Assembly: GCF_006345805.1 (NCBI RefSeq)
Contig: NC_043019.1
Coordinates: 3,286,001 to 3,350,000, forward strand
Reading direction: 5' to 3'
DNA length: 64,000 nucleotides
Source: Octopus sinensis
Lineage: Eukaryota
Position 1 is the first letter of the stretch; each line of letters opens with the position of its first letter. The position numbers and the translations under genes are program-made. The notes under the pieces were generated by a model. That model searched no databases. It was not told the DNA's origin and worked only from the letters and a program-made list of their open reading frames with translations. Of this stretch, positions 1-11,958 are shown piece by piece.

Positions 1-452
1 ACTACGTGTGTGTGTGTGTGTGTGTGTGTGTCTGTGTGTGTGTGTGTGTGCGTGTGTGTGTGTAGGTTGTGTGTAGTGTAGAATGCAAGCAAGAATGATG
101 AAATGAAGTTACATTTCAATCTGCTTCCGAACTTGAGAGAACGAGCCAACCAGCCAGCCAGTCAGCCATACATACTCTTACACATAAATATATACATACT
201 TACATGTATATACACACACATACAAACACACACACACACACACGCACACACACATATACATATACATGGGTTGGACAACATAATGGAAACACCTAGCATC
301 ATAGCTTCATAATTTCGAAATATCTATAGAACCGTCAAAATTTATCTATTTTTATGATTTTTGATTTATTATTAGTGTTGCTTAATATGTTTTGCTAAAA
401 TTGCTGTTTCTTTTCAGATATCATCAGAAAAAGGTAATAAAAATTCATTAAA

Positions 453-740
453 ATGACTGATCTATCGGACTTTCAAAGAGGTCAAATTGTTGATGCTCGT
501 ATGGCGCGCGCTAGCCTAAGGAAAACAGCCGAAATGTTTGGTGTATCAAGAAGTACTGTCTCGAAAGTAATGACAGCCTTTGGGAAAGAGGGAAAGACCT
601 CCTCGCCGAAACAAAACTCCGGAAGAAAACCAAAACTTTCAGATAGAGACCGTCGGATTCTTACGCGAATTGTTAGAAAGGATCACAAAAGTACAGCTCC
701 CAAAATTTACTGTAGAACTTAATGACCAAAGTACAAATAT
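453..740 (+). pseudogene. Tc1-like DNA transposase, N-terminal HTH fragment (frameshifted, truncated)
   Basis: ORF MTDLSDFQRGQIVDARMA..SLRKTAEMFGVSRSTVSKVM..SGRKPKLSDRDRR.L.RIVRKDHKSTAPKI has the paired-like HTH and GRK(R)P pattern of Tc1 transposases. It continues as TVELND in the next frame, then is interrupted by an RTE fragment. Confidence 0.85.
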
Positions 741-1020
741 ATGGGGAAACTACCACCTGTATCATCTCTTGTGAAAGGTAGAAGAGTCCAGTTTGCTGGA
801 CATTGTTGTAGAGCTGAAAACGAGGTAATTTCTACTATTCTCCTCTGGAAGCCATCTACTCGCGATACCAGAGGGTGCACACTCTCCTACCTTGATGTAA
901 TCTCCTGGGATACAGGTATCCAGCAACAGGACCTCCGTAATGCTATGATGGACCGTGAAGTCTAGCGTAGCATAGTAAATTCCATTGTCTCGACCACGGT
1001 CGAACAATGATGATGATGAT
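741..1020 (+). mobile_element. RTE-clade LINE, 5'-truncated 3' end with (TGA)n tail
   Basis: SSLVKGRRVQFAGHC.RAENEV...LLWKP..MMDREV resembles the post-RT C-terminus of RTE LINEs. It ends in tgatgatgatgat (1009-1020). Confidence 0.7.
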
Positions 1021-1179
1021 CACCAGGGGATGCGGCCTTAACCCTTCTGCTGTGGAGGACCTTTACAGTGTAAATAGAAACAGAAATTGACAAATTCATC
1101 AAAGTAGTTCAAATCACACGGGGGTCAGATTTTTCTGGTAAACACAGTATAAAGATATACTACATGGTAAATCTAATGA

Positions 1180-2130
1180 CTGACTGATTGAACCTAAACA
1201 TGTCTATTTGCTCAGTTTTCAAAAACCAGATATATTGCCTAAAAGCATTCTCTGACTTTTTCAACCCCGCCTATGGAGGTCATCTCTCGAGGTCATTTCC
1301 ACGCAGTACAGAAGTGCCAGTGTGATAGAACATATCATCAAGAGAACCGGATATGATTTTACTGCAGTTGAATTGGTAAAACTTCGAAAATGTTTCCGAA
1401 GGTGGAATTTCTGTTATCGATTCTGGTTAGTGACAGTTATCAGATTTGGAGCAAAGTGTAACTGACTTTGATGTTGTTCGTATTAAAGAGTTTGCGATAA
1501 GGATGATTGGTTGGGAAATGTTCACATTCAATATACATCAAGCTTGCGGCTATATTGGATACATGTTTAAAATGGAAATGATATTGGATCAGAAGATTTT
1601 TCTGTTTCTTTTGTTGATTTATGTTTGTTTTTTTTTTTTGTTCTAATCTGTTCTCTTTTAACACATCACTGAAATGATCTGCAACACTACTGAATAATTC
1701 TTTGCCTGAGTATACTTTTGAGATTGCTCTACTAATCTGACTAAATCTTTTATAACAGCTTGGGAATGGAGTGGATTTATAATGAATATTAATATAATGT
1801 AATTTTTGGTTAGAATTGCTGTAGGAGTGCTATTTGCCGATATTTAAGTCTAACGTTATGTTTGGAAACTTTACAGCAGTTATTTGATGACAATCTTTAA
1901 ATTAAATGCTTTGAGCGTTTCTGTCAAGTCTTTCCAAAGTTTGACTAGAAGATAGAACTTCAAACGGAGAGAGAGAGGGAGCTTATGAAAACTGTATTGA
2001 TCTATTTCTAGAGTTAAACTCTCCCGAAGTGAGTCTTGACCCCTCCTTAACACCCAGGCTACATCCTTAGCGCCCCACCCCCACAAACATAAACCACTTT
2101 CTGCAGAAAATTCAAGACAACTATATTTCA
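1180..2130 (-). mobile_element. Degraded Penelope-like element (RT C-terminal part to GIY-YIG region)
   Basis: Minus-strand peptides GAKD..(RT motif), KLWKDLTETLKAFNLKIVIK and EHFPTNHPYRKLFNTNNIKVSY match the PLE RT thumb/linker. They are homologous to the PLE at 27120-29400. Many stops and frameshifts. Confidence 0.7.
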
Positions 2131-2154
2131 TAGTATCCGTAGAGACTATATAAA

Positions 2155-2447
2155 TCTATTATATAAAATCCGTTCTGTCTGTGTCTGTGTGTGTCTTCTA
2201 GAATCTCGGGCATCCTCCATCCGATTGCGCTCAAGTTTGATATGTAGATACCGACGGTATCAGGGCGTGTAGTATAAGTCTTGAAAAAATTACAAAAAGT
2301 CGATTCCAGGTGAGAATGCGAACGATAAAGCCGTGGGAACGTGCATTTGTAAAATAGTTTTTCTTGAAATAGAAAAAATTCTATCTTTATTTCTTCTTTT
2401 GCTGGTGTCTCAAATTTAGGTTAAATCAGTGTTTCTCAAAGGAGAGG
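2155..2447 (+). mobile_element. Helitron-like non-autonomous element (5' part), family also at 45754 and 46397
   Basis: Begins A|TCTATTATATAAAATCCGTTCTGTCTG(TG)n, a TC start with TATATAAAA and a short GT tract. It is near-identical to 45754-45945 and 46397-46690. No CTAG 3' end was found. Confidence 0.55.
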
Positions 2448-2449
2448 CC

Positions 2450-2553
2450 TTGAATGACATTATTTATTTAAAAATCCCTACAATTGTTTCGAGAAATATT
2501 TACACTCGTTGCCGAAACAATTGTAGTGATGTTAAATAAAAAATGTCATTCAA
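2450..2553. repeat. ~41-bp imperfect inverted repeat (hairpin/MITE-like)
   Basis: 2450-2491 vs reverse complement of 2513-2553: 3 mismatches + 1 indel, 21-bp spacer. Confidence 0.8.
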
Positions 2554-2780
2554 TACGTTTTCAATTTTTTATCTAATTTATGTATGTATGTATGTGTGTG
2601 TGAGTGTGTGTGAGTGCGTGTATGTATTCGTTTATGTGTGTGCGTGTGTGTGTGTGTGTGTAGTAAAACTTAAATTGAAATTATGCAACAGTCAACCAAC
2701 TTTTAGATTTCCATGTGTATTCCTGTCTATCCAAAGTGAATATAAGCGGATCCATTTGGTTGGGGCAAACATTGCCGTTT

Positions 2781-2829
2781 TAGTAGTAGTAGTAGTAGTA
2801 GTAGCAGAAGCAGCAGCAGCATCAGCAGC

Positions 2830-2893
<64 letters not shown>

Positions 2894-2895
2894 TG

Positions 2896-2927
<32 letters not shown>

Positions 2928-2943
2928 GGTGGTGGTGGTGGTG

Positions 2944-3015
<72 letters not shown>

Positions 3016-3025
3016 TAGTAGTAGT
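2781..3025. repeat. (GTA)n/(GGT)n microsatellite
   Basis: Direct inspection. Confidence 0.95.
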
Positions 3026-3112
3026 GACGCTAAGCAGTGACGAGGAATAAACGAACTTTAAGTTAGTTAAAATATTTGTGACGTATTTAAAGGCAAATTC
3101 CACGGTAGTCAC

Positions 3113-3700
3113 AGCGAATTTATCTTTGGAAGGTGAAATATGTCACTAACAGTTCGTTACGGCTGTATCTTTCCCCCATGCTTGTTCAGCATTTACACTG
3201 AATTGATAAAGCGAGAAGCAATACAGGAAGAAAATGGCAACAAGACACATAGCTTGCGTATTTTTAATCTAAAGTATGCAGACGATACTGCTCCATTTGC
3301 CAAGGCTGAAGCCAGACCACAAAGAAATGGTAAATAGAGTCAAGAAGGCGTGGTGGTCTTTATCTCAACAATAAGAAAACAAAAGTCATGGAAGTGGGTA
3401 AAGAGAAAGCAAATGTTAACATCAAACTTGGCTCCAACAGGTTGAATTGTACACGTATTTTGTAGCCCAAATCTCTGACGAAACCACATATAAGAAAGAA
3501 CTTAAGATGCGGTTAGCTATGGCAAAAACGTCTATGGAAAAGTTTAATAACATCTGGAGGAGAAAAAGTGTCCCAACTTAGTTTAGAAAACAAATTAGCT
3601 TGTTATGCCATGTGGGCTGTGCCTGAAGATTGCACTAAGACACCCGAATTGTTTAAAAATACTGCCTGGCATGCGTTCATTGCATGAAACTAATAGTAGC
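3113..3700 (+). mobile_element. Degraded RTE-type RT fragment
   Basis: VRYGCIFPPCLFSIYTELIKREA..IFNLKYADDTA contains RT motifs (GC.LSP.LF; YADD). Downstream frames are broken. Confidence 0.75.
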
Positions 3701-3735
3701 ACATAAAAACATATATTGCGTTTATCAAATAATTC

Positions 3736-3985
3736 ATATACATACATACATACATACATACATACATTCATACATACATACATACATTCATACATACATA
3801 CATACATACATACATACATACATACATTCATTCATACATACATACATACATACATACATACATACATACATACTACATACATACATTCATACATACATAC
3901 ATACATACATACATACATACATTCATTCATACATACATACATACATACATACATACATACATACATTCATTCATTCATACATACA
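3736..3985. repeat. (TACA)n microsatellite
   Basis: Direct inspection. Confidence 0.95.
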
Positions 3986-4534
3986 CATATGCAAATGTGT
4001 AGCTCTGTATGTGCGTAATCTGTGTATGTGAGTAGCAAAATAGGTGAGACATGGGAAACCAAGATTAGATGTGTAACAACAACTATGGAAGGAGAGAGAG
4101 AGAGAAGGAAGTAGAGGGAACTGAGAGAACGGAGAGAAGAGTTCGGGTAAGTGTGTGTGTGTGTGGTGTGTGTGTGTGTGTGTATGTGTGTGTGTTTGTT
4201 TGTTCGCGCGCATGAACAGAATGTAAATTGGCGGGAAGGAGAGAGGGCGAGAAAGATGACAAGAGAGATGAAGTGAGTAATAGAAGATGAAAGAGGTGAT
4301 AGAAAAGACGGAGATGATAGAGATAAGAAAGATGAAAGGAGAATGAGAAAGAAAAATGAGTGATTTGAAAGATAATTCTGAAAAGAGCCAAAAGCTGAAG
4401 GAAACTTTGAGTACACAGAGAATATAATAGGTTATTAAATAGACAGCTGGATATATGTATCTGTGTGTACATGAATACGCGTGTGTATATGTGTGTGTAT
4501 GCTTGTATATATGAATGTGTGTATGTACATATAT

Positions 4535-4575
<41 letters not shown>

Positions 4576-4587
4576 ATGCACGTACGT

Positions 4588-4626
<39 letters not shown>

Positions 4627-5490
4627 GCATATTTAACACGTTCATGTATACTTGGATGGCATTGCGCATCGTCAAGTACGATTATTGAATTCATCTTTCA
4701 CAGCACAATAAGAACCATAGTTCTTATTCACAAGAGTAGAAGGTAGCACATTCACTGATACATGGAAAGCTTGCTCAAGTGGAATTAAATAGCTAGAGCC
4801 ACAGAAAGCAGCGTTGAATGATATATAATAGAGTATTACAGTATCTGACACGTTCGTGTGCATTTGGACGTGAGAAGACCTTTCGCTGCGAAAAAAGTTC
4901 CGGGATAAAAACAATATCTTCACAGACGAAATATGTAAATACTTACTGCGAATGACGAAATCAGGTCGTGGGACATGCGTTTTTTGTGTCATGTGCACGT
5001 TGTTAAACACAAATATATTTTGTTCAACGCCGCGTCGTGTAACTCGAGTCGTTGAATTCCCGCTTGATCAGTTTCGACGCACATCATTTAATGTACTGTT
5101 TACTGTTCTTATAAATTAGAATCATCGTTCTTATTCAGCTATAAAAGACGAATTCGCCCAATGACGCAGAAGGGCACGACATCATGAAAGGCCAATGTAT
5201 TTTCATGCATTTTGTCTGTAAGAAGAATCTTATCCTGAGACTACTACCACAGTGAAGGTCCCCCCATGCCCGAATGTACACGAAAGTGTTAAGTATTTTT
5301 ACATATGATTATATTTCCTTCAACGCTTTTTTTGTGACTGCATATATATGTATATATATATATATATATATATTAATATAATAATAATAAGATAAAAGAA
5401 GAAGAAGAAGAAGAACAACAACAACAACAACAACAACAAGAACAAGAAGAACAAGAAGAAGAACAAGAACAAGAACAAGAACAAGAAGAC

Positions 5491-5525
<35 letters not shown>

Positions 5526-5595
5526 GGAATATGATTCCAAACTTCAGGAGAAAATTCAATTTAGTATACTAAATCAAATTTCACATATATAATAC

Positions 5596-5715
5596 ATGTA
5601 TATAAATTAGAGAAGAACCACCATGTAGCAATTCAACAATTTTTTAAAAATGGTATGATTTAAGTATATCATTGTTGAATTGCTAAATGGTGGTTCTTCT
5701 CTAATTTATATACAT
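5596..5715. repeat. 45-bp inverted repeat, 30-bp spacer
   Basis: 5596-5640 vs reverse complement of 5671-5715: 44/45 identical. Confidence 0.9.
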
Positions 5716-6039
5716 ATATATATATATATTATATATATACAAATATGTAGGCGTTATTTGTCATGAAATTGAACTAAATTACTCAATACAATGTTTAGAA
5801 TAAATTATATTTATTCGACTGAGTGCTTTTCCTCGTTACACGGATTTCGCAATTTTTCGATCGACACAGAAGCTATTTCTGACCTACAAAGTAAAAAATG
5901 TTGGAAGTCGAAGATGACGCCGATATCTCATGGTTCCATTGGTTAATACAGGTCACATGAGTAACAAACAAACGGTGGTAACTAACCACACAACAACGCC
6001 ATATACGTATTTGAACCTCTATTTAAACGATTAAACACA

Positions 6040-6241
6040 ATTTTTATTTCAATTTGGTTTGCAAGATTCTTTCTGTGAGTTCGTGTGTTGAAACATATTC
6101 TGTTGTGTCTGGGGAGAGTCATTCTCTTTTGGTGCCTTATAATTTAACACATTCAACGGTAAAATTTCCACTTATTTCTATTTTATTTTTCTAAAATTTT
6201 CGATGCGTCTTGCAACCTTTTCAATATTGAAAAGGTTGCAA
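6040..6241 (-). mobile_element. Interspersed repeat (probable PLE terminal remnant) ending in a perfect 32-bp palindrome
   Basis: 6050-6120 is the reverse complement of ~56365-56440. 6210-6241 TTGCAACCTTTTCAATATTGAAAAGGTTGCAA is a perfect palindrome. The PLE assignment is inference. Confidence 0.5.
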
Positions 6242-6243
6242 GG

Positions 6244-6348
6244 CATTGGTCGGTCCGAGGCTATAATAGAAGGCACTCGCCCAAGGTGACACGTAGCGGG
6301 GCTGAATCCGGAACCGTGTGGCTGGAAAGCAATCTTCTTACCACACAT
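6244..6348 (-). mobile_element. SINE family A (tRNA-derived head + CORE-like ACCTTGGGCAAG motif), fragment
   Basis: Matches the fuller copies at 21460-21873 and 34845-35257. Confidence 0.75.
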
Positions 6349-6598
6349 GTATATATATATATACATGACATCCTGTATATAACAATAAGAAGAAGAAGAA
6401 GAAGAAGAAGAACAACAACAACAACAACAACAACAATAATAATAATAATAATGATGATGATGATAATAATAAGAAGAAGAAGAAGAAGAAGAACCAACAA
6501 CAACAACAACAAGAACAACAAGAACAACAACAACAACAACAATAATAATAATAAGAAGAAGAAGAACAACAACAACAACAATAATAATAATAATAATG

Positions 6599-6643
<45 letters not shown>

Positions 6644-7271
6644 TAATAATAATAACAAGAGAAGATAACTGCACTTCGTTCAATAAGGTAATTCATGTGT
6701 TAGCTTATATTTTTTAGCATAGAAATTTTCAATATTCTACCAAAAATATTTAAGACATTTACATGAAAGAGAATATTGATTTTAAATCTTGACACTAAGC
6801 CAACAAGTTCGAGTAACCAGTGCTCGACTGAGGCTTATTTTATCGAGTCCGAAAGGATGAAAGCCGAAGTTGAGCGCAGCGGAGTCACGTGGAGGAATAG
6901 TAAGACCAAACTGCATGGCATTTATTGATCGTTCCATTATTTCCGCCGCTCACCTGCATCCTGATATGTCTCTGTGTATGAATATATGTGGAGATGAAAA
7001 TTCTGAGATTAGCTGCTCGGAGAGACATGTTTAAACCACTGAGATGAATAAACTTAAAATTGATAGGTTGGAGGATTTATTAAAACGATAAATTTATTTA
7101 AGAAAATAAATCCGACAAAATACATTTTGTTTCTTGAGAAGACCTGTCATTCACTAAATTAGCATGAGAGAATACCTCTTTATATAAAGTGTGCGTACAC
7201 ACACACACACACACACACACTTATATATATAAAGTGTGCGTATACACACATACACACATATATATATATAC

Positions 7272-7437
7272 ATTCTTCTACTTGTTTCAGTCAGTTGACT
7301 GCAGCCATGCTGGAGCACCACATTGGTCATCCCGAGGCTATAGTAGAAGACATTTACCCAAGGTGTCACGCAATGGGACTGAACCCGGAACCATGTGGTT
7401 GAGAAGCAAGCTTCTTAACCACACCGCCACGCCTATA
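7272..7437 (-). mobile_element. SINE family A, internally deleted copy
   Basis: 3' terminus (cttgtttcagtca.ttgactgc.gccatgctggagcacc) is joined directly to the head/core segment. Confidence 0.75.
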
Positions 7438-7499
7438 ATATACATATACATACATACATATATATATATGTGACCTCGTGAAGACTACCTGCAATTTTT

Positions 7500-7620
7500 T
7501 TCCTCTGTCCTCCCGTCTCGGGATCTTTCTTTCTCCTATGTTTCCGACGAAGAGCTCCGCTCGAAACGTCATACCCTCCTTCTTCCATTTTCCTGAGCGC
7601 CTAATAATAATAATACTGTA
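7500..7620 (+). mobile_element. PLE-type terminal remnant with decayed hammerhead motif
   Basis: c(C)GACGA-a-GAGC-tcc-GCTC-GAAA-CGTC at 7544-7570, where the core CUGA is mutated to CCGA. Related to 40800-40880 on the minus strand. Confidence 0.45.
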
Positions 7621-7679
7621 ATTGTTCCACGTGTTGTTGTTATTCCTGTTTTCCCGTTTGGATTAACCTATATATATAT

Positions 7680-7748
<69 letters not shown>

Positions 7749-8172
7749 TCACACTTAAGGTGGTGCTCCAGCATGGCCGCAGTCAAATGACTGAAAAGTA
7801 AAAGAATATATATATATTATTAATATATATATATATTAATTATATATATATATATTATTTATAACATATATATATATTATATATATTATATATAAACATA
7901 TATCTGTATATGCATGTATGTATGTCTCTGTGTTTGTGCATGTGCGCTCGCGAGAGAGAAAGAGAGTGTGTGTGTGTGTGTGGAAGTGTGAATGCATATA
8001 TATTATTAAATTCAATTACAATGAACGTAAACAAACAAACGAAGTTTGCTTTAGAAGCGTTGAGATGTCTTAGAAAGATAAAGAAGTGATTTTAAATTCT
8101 CAAACGCAGGATAATACGAATGACAGCCTGAAGAGGAGAAGCTACCCCTATTTTGCAGAAAAAAGTGTTGAG

Positions 8173-8248
8173 GGCCGGCTATGAGACACGAACTCACATC
8201 TCCGTGATTACACGTCGCGATGTTCTGAACTATTAAGCTACACCGCCC
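8173..8248 (-). pseudogene. tRNA-like sequence (Thr-TGT-like), degenerate; tRNA pseudogene or SINE head
   Basis: The 76-nt minus strand folds with T-stem GTGAG/CTCAT and loop TTCGTGT, and anticodon stem CGCGA/TCACG (4/5) with loop CGTGTAA. A-box-like TAGCTTAATAG. The acceptor and D stems have mismatches. Confidence 0.55.
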
Positions 8249-8499
8249 ACACCACAAATTCTTCCGCAAATTTAAGATATATAGAAATCTCGCTTTATGA
8301 GACGCTCTCATACGTTAAATTAAAATTACGATGAACGTAAACAAACAAACGAAGAAATTATTTTCTCGATACAATCGGGCCTAAACTGGAATGTTCATTT
8401 CAGCTGGGTTTGAACCCGAAACAGCGAGAAGCGAAACTAGACTCTTCCTTCACAGAGACTTTTGTAACTTTAGAAGCATTAACAACAACTACTGCTGTT

Positions 8500-8888
8500 G
8501 CTTGTTTGTTTCTTTGTTTGTTTGTTGAGCGAAGCGGTCTTCGTCCCAGGGGGAGAAGTCCGAAACGTGGTCCTTTGCTATTCGTAAGACCCGCAGAAGA
8601 GAAAGCAAGTCAACTCCCGACACCGAGAGCATCGAAGGATGGATGAATGCGCATCCAGGCTCAGCGGTTGCTTAGGAAGTCGGGGACAAGAAACAGGAAG
8701 AAAGAGTGAGAGAAAGTTGGAGCGAAAGAGTACAACAGGGGTCGCCACCCATCCCCTGCTGGAGCCTCGTGGAGCTTTTAGGTGTTTTTCGCTCAATAAA
8801 CACACACAACGCCCGGTCTGGGAATCGAAACCGCGATCCTCCGACCGCGAGTCCGCTGCCCTAACGACTGGGCCAATGCGCCTCCACT
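8500..8888 (-). mobile_element. SINE family C (tRNA-derived) with (AAAC)n tail
   Basis: Head GGAGGCGCATTGGCCCAGTCGTTAGGGC..GGTTTCGATTCCC carries A/B boxes. Collinear with 63059-63461. Probable TSD actgctg(t/c)tgc. Confidence 0.85.
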
Positions 8889-8972
8889 GCTGCTGCAGCT
8901 GTTTCTGCCGCTGCCACTACTACTACTACTACTACTACTACTAATAAAACTACTACTACTACTACTACTACT

Positions 8973-9005
<33 letters not shown>

Positions 9006-9707
9006 CGACGTCTACTACTACAACGACTACTACTGCTGCTGCAACGACTACTACTGCTGCCACTACTATTACGACGATGAGACGACGTCTAGAACTACTA
9101 CAACAACAACTGCTAATACCACTGCTACTGCTGCTACTACTACTACTACTACTAGTACTACTACTATTACTACAAAACTGTATTAGACTCTAAGAATAGA
9201 GGATCAGTAACAACAACAACAACAACAACAAACACACCATAAACATGAATAAGATTACGAGGACACTAAAGCTAACTGCTTCAACAATAACATTATCAAC
9301 GGTATCAAGAATAAGACCACCACCATGACCACCACTACCGACTAGAACAACCACAACAACAAAAACATTCTAAATAGTTTTGACCGTGTCGTCTGGTGTT
9401 GCCAGAAATGTTTGGAAGAAGACCAAATCTTTAATAATACAAACTTTCTTACTTATTTCTTACTGATACGTTAAACCGCAAGGAAAAAAGAGAAAGACAG
9501 GGAGAGAGAGAGGGTGGGGAGGCAAAAGGGAAGAGAAAGAGAAAGTGAAAGTACAGTTTATAGGTATGTGTGGTAGGAGCAATGGATAAAAATGGTCAGT
9601 GTTTTATTGCAGTGCAATGGTCAGCTTCAAGGCTTCCTAAAACATGTATCACAGTATTGCAGAACATTTTGGCTAGCACGCTAACGATTCTGCCAAATAT
9701 CTTCAAG

Positions 9708-9728
9708 AATAATAACAATAACAATAAC

Positions 9729-9768
<40 letters not shown>

Positions 9769-9823
9769 TAATAATAATAATAATAATAGAAAGAATAATA
9801 ATAATAATGATAATAATAATAAA

Positions 9824-9882
<59 letters not shown>

Positions 9883-9992
9883 ATAATAATAATAATGATA
9901 ATGATGATAATGATGATAATGATAATAATGATAATAATGATAATGATGATAATAATGAATAATGATAATGATAATGATAATGATAATGATAA

Positions 9993-10044
<52 letters not shown>

Positions 10045-10106
10045 GGATAATAATAATAATAATAATAATAATAAAATATAATAATAAAAATAAAAATAAT
10101 AATAAC

Positions 10107-10136
<30 letters not shown>
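9708..10136. repeat. (AAT)n/(GAT)n microsatellite
   Basis: Direct inspection. Confidence 0.95.
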
Positions 10137-10137
<1 letters not shown>

Positions 10138-10255
10138 CAACCAAATATATGGACACTAGGCATAACAACAACGTGAACTTCCAACTGTTGTCTCTTGAGG
10201 TCTCCGGGTGAGACTTGGAGCCAACTTGTAAAAATATAAAGCAAAAGTCAAACAT
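10137..10255 (+). mobile_element. Probable 3' UTR end of an R4/Dong-type element between (AAT)n tracts
   Basis: 120-bp non-repetitive insert flanked on both sides by (AAT)n, adjacent to Dong fragments. Identity as a 3' UTR is inference. Confidence 0.4.
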
Positions 10256-10266
10256 ATAATAATATA

Positions 10267-10338
<72 letters not shown>

Positions 10339-10340
<2 letters not shown>

Positions 10341-11828
10341 TCACACTAGATAAAACCAATGAAATAAAAGAATTAGACCAAAGCCAAACTTACAAATACT
10401 TAGAATCCATGAACTAGATAAGACACAAACCACACAAATGAAGAGAAAATAAAAAAAGAATATTATAGACGAGTTAGATCAATACTAAAAACAGAGCTCA
10501 ATGCTAAAAACAAGATAATAGGTATCAACACCTTAGCTGTCCCAGTTATAAGTTACAGCTACAATATCCTTAACTGGACATGAAATGAACTGTCAAAATA
10601 GATAGGAAAACAAGAAAAATACTGACAGGATCTAGGATGCATACCCAAAATCTGACATAGAAAGACTATATATACAACGTATAGAAGGTGGTAGAGGCCT
10701 TATACAGCTGGAAAACTACTATAAATAACCACCATAGGACTGCAAAAATACCTACTTCAGAAGGAAGGAAAACTGATCCAGATAGCAGCAAAACACGAGC
10801 AAAACAAAAACTGTTCTCAGTATTTAAGGAAGCTGACAAATACAAACAAGAAATCATACCACCTAATAAACACAAAGAAGAAGAAGATGATGAAGAAACA
10901 ACAAAAGCTATAAAACAAATGAAATCCAAACTAAAAATAGAACAGCAACGAGCCATGATAAAACGATGGTAAGAAAAACCCCTTCATGGTAAATACTGCA
11001 CTAAACTAAACGCAAAAGAAATAGACAAAGAAAAATCCCAGCAATGGTTGAGAAGCTCAGGACTCAAAGCAGAAAACAGAGGGATTTTTAATTGCAGCAC
11101 AAGACCAAAGCCTCCCCACCAGAAATTACCAAAAACATGTAATGAAAAGAAATATTACAAGTAACTGCAGAATATGTGGAGATGGACAAGAAACAATAAA
11201 TCATATTATCTCTAGCTGCCCAGTCCTGGCTAAGAAGGAATATATTCACAGACATGACAGAGTTGGAACCTACATACATTGGAAGCTATGCCAACATTAT
11301 GGAATAACACAGAAAAAGAGTGGTATAGGCACACACCAGAAAAGGTCACAGAAAACGAGAAAGCAACCATACTCTGGGATATGCCATACACACAGATAGA
11401 GAAATTAAGGCCAACAGACCAGATATAGTTGTCAGAGATCATGAAGAAAAAAAATGCTTTCTAATTGATGTATCAATACCGCAGATGACAACGTGTCTCT
11501 AAAAGAAATGGAGAAACTCTCAAAATACAAGACCTGGAAATAGAGGTAACTAGAATGTGGAACCTGAAAAACAGAAACAATTCCTATCATGGTAGGTGCA
11601 TTAGGCATGATAAAAAAAATATTCAGACAAATACATAACAAAAAAACACCAGGACTTACAACACATATAACATACAGAAAATTGCACTACTAGGCACTGC
11701 ACACATCCTACGCAGAACACTTTCCATACAATAACCATCAGAGCATCACAACAAACCACAGCACATACCCAAGGCACACAGAGCTGCGCTCGGTAGTGAA
11801 GTGAAAGCACGCTATAAAATAAAAACTA

Positions 11829-11831
<3 letters not shown>
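10339..11831 (+). mobile_element. R4/Dong-clade non-LTR retrotransposon, 5'-truncated (RT end, CCHC knuckle, restriction-like endonuclease, 3' UTR)
   Basis: Frameshifted translation: TYKYLG, NKIIGINTLAVPVISYS, HPKSDIERLY...GGRGL, WLRSSGLKAETEGFLIAAQDQSLPT, CRICGDGQETINHIISSC (CCHC, 11166-11219), ANRPDIVV..LIDVSIP..EKLSKYKDL (RLE). Stop at 11732-11734. (AAT)n on both flanks. Confidence 0.92.
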
Positions 11832-11890
<59 letters not shown>

Positions 11891-11958
11891 AAGAAGGAAG
11901 AAGAAGAAGATTGAGAAAGAAGAAGAAGAGAAGAAGAAGAAGAAGAGAAGAAGAAGAA

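Noticed and set aside
10339-11734. Programmed frameshifting in the Dong, PLE or Tx1 ORFs
   Set aside because: Indels cluster in homopolymers and are better explained by decay or long-read consensus errors.
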